Shown here piece after piece: positions 61,206 to 64,000 of a stretch of DNA of 64,000 nt (within the stretch, counting starts at the first letter, position 1; each line of letters begins with the position of its first letter). The DNA comes from Aureliella sp. (GTDB lineage Bacteria > Planctomycetota > Planctomycetia > Pirellulales > Pirellulaceae), in the NCBI GenBank assembly GCA_963691875.1, contig OY829846.1, positions 1,440,001 to 1,504,000 of the forward strand, in the 5' to 3' direction. A program made the position numbers and the translations under genes. The notes under the pieces are model-generated. The model was not told where the DNA came from. It ran no database searches and saw only the letters and a program-made list of their open reading frames with translations.

Positions 61206-62627
61206 ATGAAAAACGGGGCCCCCCCGCGCACGATGTTCCAGAAAATCTGGGATGCACATGTCGTTCATGCTGAGCCAACGAAGCAAACGATCCTCTACAT
61301 CGATCTCCAACTCGTGCACGAAGTCACCAGCCCGCAGGCTTTCGAAGGGCTGAGGATTGCAGGTCGCAAAGTAAGACGCCCCGAACGTACCGTTGCGACT
61401 CCTGATCACAATGTACCGACTACGAATCGAAGCTTGCCGATTGCAGATCCAATCTCGAAACAACAGGTCGACACACTCCGGGCGAATTGCGAAGAGTTTG
61501 GAATCCAACTCTACGATTTGGACGATGATCGCCAAGGAGTCGTCCACATCATCGGCCCCGAGCTGGGCTACACGCAACCTGGCATGACCATCGTTTGCGG
61601 AGACAGCCATACCGCAACGCACGGTGCCTTCGGAGCTTTGGCTTTTGGTATCGGTACCAGCGAAGTCGAGCATGTTTTGGCTACGCAAACTTTGCTGCAG
61701 TATCAACCGAAGACATACGAGCTGAGCGTCAATGGCGAGTTAGGCGAAGGCGTCACTGCTAAGGACTTGATTCTGTACCTGATTGGCCAAATCACCATGC
61801 ACGGTGGAACTGGCTACGTGATGGAGTACACGGGCTCAGCGATTCGCAATCTGTCCATGGAAGAGCGAATGACCGTCTGCAACATGTCCATCGAGGCGGG
61901 GGCTCGGGCGGGCATGATCGCCCCAGATCAGACAACCTTCGATTACTTGCGCGGTCGCTCTTTTGCTCCGAAGGACTTTGATGCAGCAGTCAAACGCTGG
62001 CAGGAACTACCATCGGACTCCGGTGCACACTACGACAAGGTCAGCAAGTTTGAAGGTAGTGAGATTGCACCTCAAGTCACTTGGGGAACCAACCCTGGCC
62101 AAGTCTGCTCGATCAGCGACGTTGTCCCAGACCCAAGTGACGTCAACGACGAAACGGAACAAAAGACAACAGCTGACTCATTGGCCTACATGGGGCTAAC
62201 TGCCGGCACTAAGATCGAAGATATCGGGATTGATCGCGTGTTCATCGGATCTTGCACGAACGCACGCATCGAAGATCTGAGGGCTGCAGCCAAGGTGGTT
62301 CGAGGTCACAAGGTAAGCTCGGCGGTGAAGAATGCGATGGTTGTTCCTGGTAGCGGCTTGGTGAAGAAACAAGCCGAAGAAGAAGGCCTGGATCGCGCCT
62401 TTGCTGAAGCTGGATTCGAATGGCGAGAAGCTGGCTGCAGCATGTGCTTGGCGATGAATCCAGATCGACTGGAGCCTGGCGAACGCTGTGCTTCTACGAG
62501 CAATCGCAACTTTGAAGGGCGACAAGGAAAAGGCGGCCGAACACACTTGGTTTCTCCTGCTATGGCAGCAGCGGCCGCGATCGAAGGACGCTTTACGGAC
62601 ATCCGTGGCTGGAACTACAAGTCTTAG
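61206..62627 (+). CDS. leuC: 3-isopropylmalate dehydratase large subunit
   Basis: [46 protein letters not shown] and [12 protein letters not shown]. Confidence 0.98.
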   Translation: MKNGAPPRTMFQKIWDAHVVHAEPTKQTILYIDLQLVHEVTSPQAFEGLRIAGRKVRRPERTVATPDHNVPTTNRSLPIADPISKQQVDTLRANCEEFGIQLYDLDDDRQGVVHIIGPELGYTQPGMTIVCGDSHTATHGAFGALAFGIGTSEVEHVLATQTLLQYQPKTYELSVNGELGEGVTAKDLILYLIGQITMHGGTGYVMEYTGSAIRNLSMEERMTVCNMSIEAGARAGMIAPDQTTFDYLRGRSFAPKDFDAAVKRWQELPSDSGAHYDKVSKFEGSEIAPQVTWGTNPGQVCSISDVVPDPSDVNDETEQKTTADSLAYMGLTAGTKIEDIGIDRVFIGSCTNARIEDLRAAAKVVRGHKVSSAVKNAMVVPGSGLVKKQAEEEGLDRAFAEAGFEWREAGCSMCLAMNPDRLEPGERCASTSNRNFEGRQGKGGRTHLVSPAMAAAAAIEGRFTDIRGWNYKS

Positions 62628-62675
62628 GTCGCCTCAGCGATTGGAATCAGAATTTTTTCCTCCAAGAATTAGATC

Positions 62676-63272
62676 ATGCAAGCCTTCACCAAACACGCCG
62701 GCACAGTAGCTTTGATGGATCGTGCCAACGTGGACACCGATCAGATCATCCCCAAACAATTCCTTAAAAGAATCGAGCGCACCGGCTTCGGGCAGTACCT
62801 TTTCTTCGACTGGCGTTTCCTCGACGACGGTTCGGACAATCCAGATTTCGAATTGAATGCACCCGCGTTCGCTGGCGCGAGCGTGCTTGTTGCTCGCCGA
62901 AACTTCGGCTGTGGTTCTAGCCGCGAGCACGCCGTTTGGGCACTCGACGATTACGGTATACGGGTAGTCCTAGCACCTTCATTCGCCGACATCTTCTTCA
63001 ATAACTGTTTCAAAAACGGCTTGCTGCCAATCAAACTCAGCGAGTCGGAAATTGACGACATCTTTACTCGAGTGAGTGAGCATGAAGGCTACAAACTGAA
63101 CGTTGATCTGGAAACGTGTCAGATCACCGACGAGCATGGACTTTTGCTTGAGTTCGAGGTACAGGGCTTCCGACGCCAGTGCTTGCTTGACGGATTGGAT
63201 GACATCGCTCTGACGCTTGAACACGAAAGCAAAATCGCTGAGTACGAAGAATCCCGCGGTATTGCAGGCTGA
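62676..63272 (+). CDS. leuD: 3-isopropylmalate dehydratase small subunit
   Basis: [42 protein letters not shown] and GLDDIALTL. Confidence 0.98.
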   Translation: MQAFTKHAGTVALMDRANVDTDQIIPKQFLKRIERTGFGQYLFFDWRFLDDGSDNPDFELNAPAFAGASVLVARRNFGCGSSREHAVWALDDYGIRVVLAPSFADIFFNNCFKNGLLPIKLSESEIDDIFTRVSEHEGYKLNVDLETCQITDEHGLLLEFEVQGFRRQCLLDGLDDIALTLEHESKIAEYEESRGIAG

Positions 63273-64000
63273 GATCCGGCAGCAGAAGTCGTCAAGACTT
63301 TTGGCCTGCTTGCCATCCGAGCAAGCCGCCCCATTCGCCTGAACTGCAAGCATCATCGAGTAACGGCTGCACTGGGATTCGTAAGTCTGCGACAGCCTCC
63401 CGCATGCAGACTCCGCCAGGCGCTCACATTCGATTCCGTCGATCTGAATGGTCTCCGCAAATTTGAAGTCAACACAGAATTCACTCGTCCCAACGGACTC
63501 GTGGATGGGTTTGAGATAATGATCATTACTATTCGATGCAACGCAGCTCTTCCTGTGCACAAAATCTTGAAAGTTGCTCTTTGAACTGCTGAGCCGAGAG
63601 GGATTACCTTGGCGCTTCAGCAAACCGCGACGCAACGTAGACTTCAGCAGGAAAGGCTTTGCTGACAGAGTGCTTGACGAAGCGAGAGGCATTGGTCTGC
63701 AAAGCTTCTGCAAACGCCGATTTGGCGGGGCTCTCTTTTGAGGAAGTCTTGCGGAAACGCAGTCTTCCAATCCGAGTTGCAACCGATCAGCTTCGGCTTG
63801 GCTGCGCAGCCGAGCCGAAGACACATGCGGTGCGGCGTAATGGAAAGCAATCTGACATCGGGAAGCTCAAACCAATCTGGAACCTCGTTTCCATCCGCTG
63901 AGCAAAACTTGAGAATCTGCTCTGAAGCGTGAAGAGCAAATCAATGATGAGATTGGGGCTCTTTCCTGAACGTTTATTGATCCCTGCTGCAATTCAGGTC

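Noticed and set aside
62979..63824. 281-aa minus-strand ORF
   Set aside because: It overlaps leuD antisense by about 290 bp and has no recognisable family.

Overview
A 64 kb chromosomal segment that looks like a planctomycete, probably Pirellulaceae. This is inferred from marker families: a DUF1549/DUF1553 cytochrome-c-type protein, a DUF1559 prepilin-like protein with its lipoprotein partner, CRTAC1/ASPIC-UnbV propellers, an OmcB-like DUF11 protein, sulfatases and a zinc-ribbon signal peptidase I. Housekeeping genes are proA, nadA, argB-argD-argF, leuC-leuD, csrA and a TrmH methyltransferase. Envelope modules are a TPR/CRTAC1 x3/membrane/DUF1559/lipoprotein cluster, a TadE-TadE-vWA triplet and an NfeD + site-2 protease pair. 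Decay is extensive: a deletion-spliced Crp/zf-HC2/FAD-4Fe4S/DUF547 remnant, a cyanophycinase pseudogene, a dead IS3 with a truncated VOC gene, and an EF-G C-terminal fragment. The most interesting observations are an intact flagellin-derived ORF lacking its export/polymerisation N-terminus directly behind csrA, an orphan FliM lacking its CheY-binding peptide, the translationally coupled TPR-CRTAC1 surface cluster, and a ~100-aa polyacidic tail on ArgD. No rRNA, tRNA or CRISPR array was recognised. All family calls come from motif recognition by eye, not database searches.
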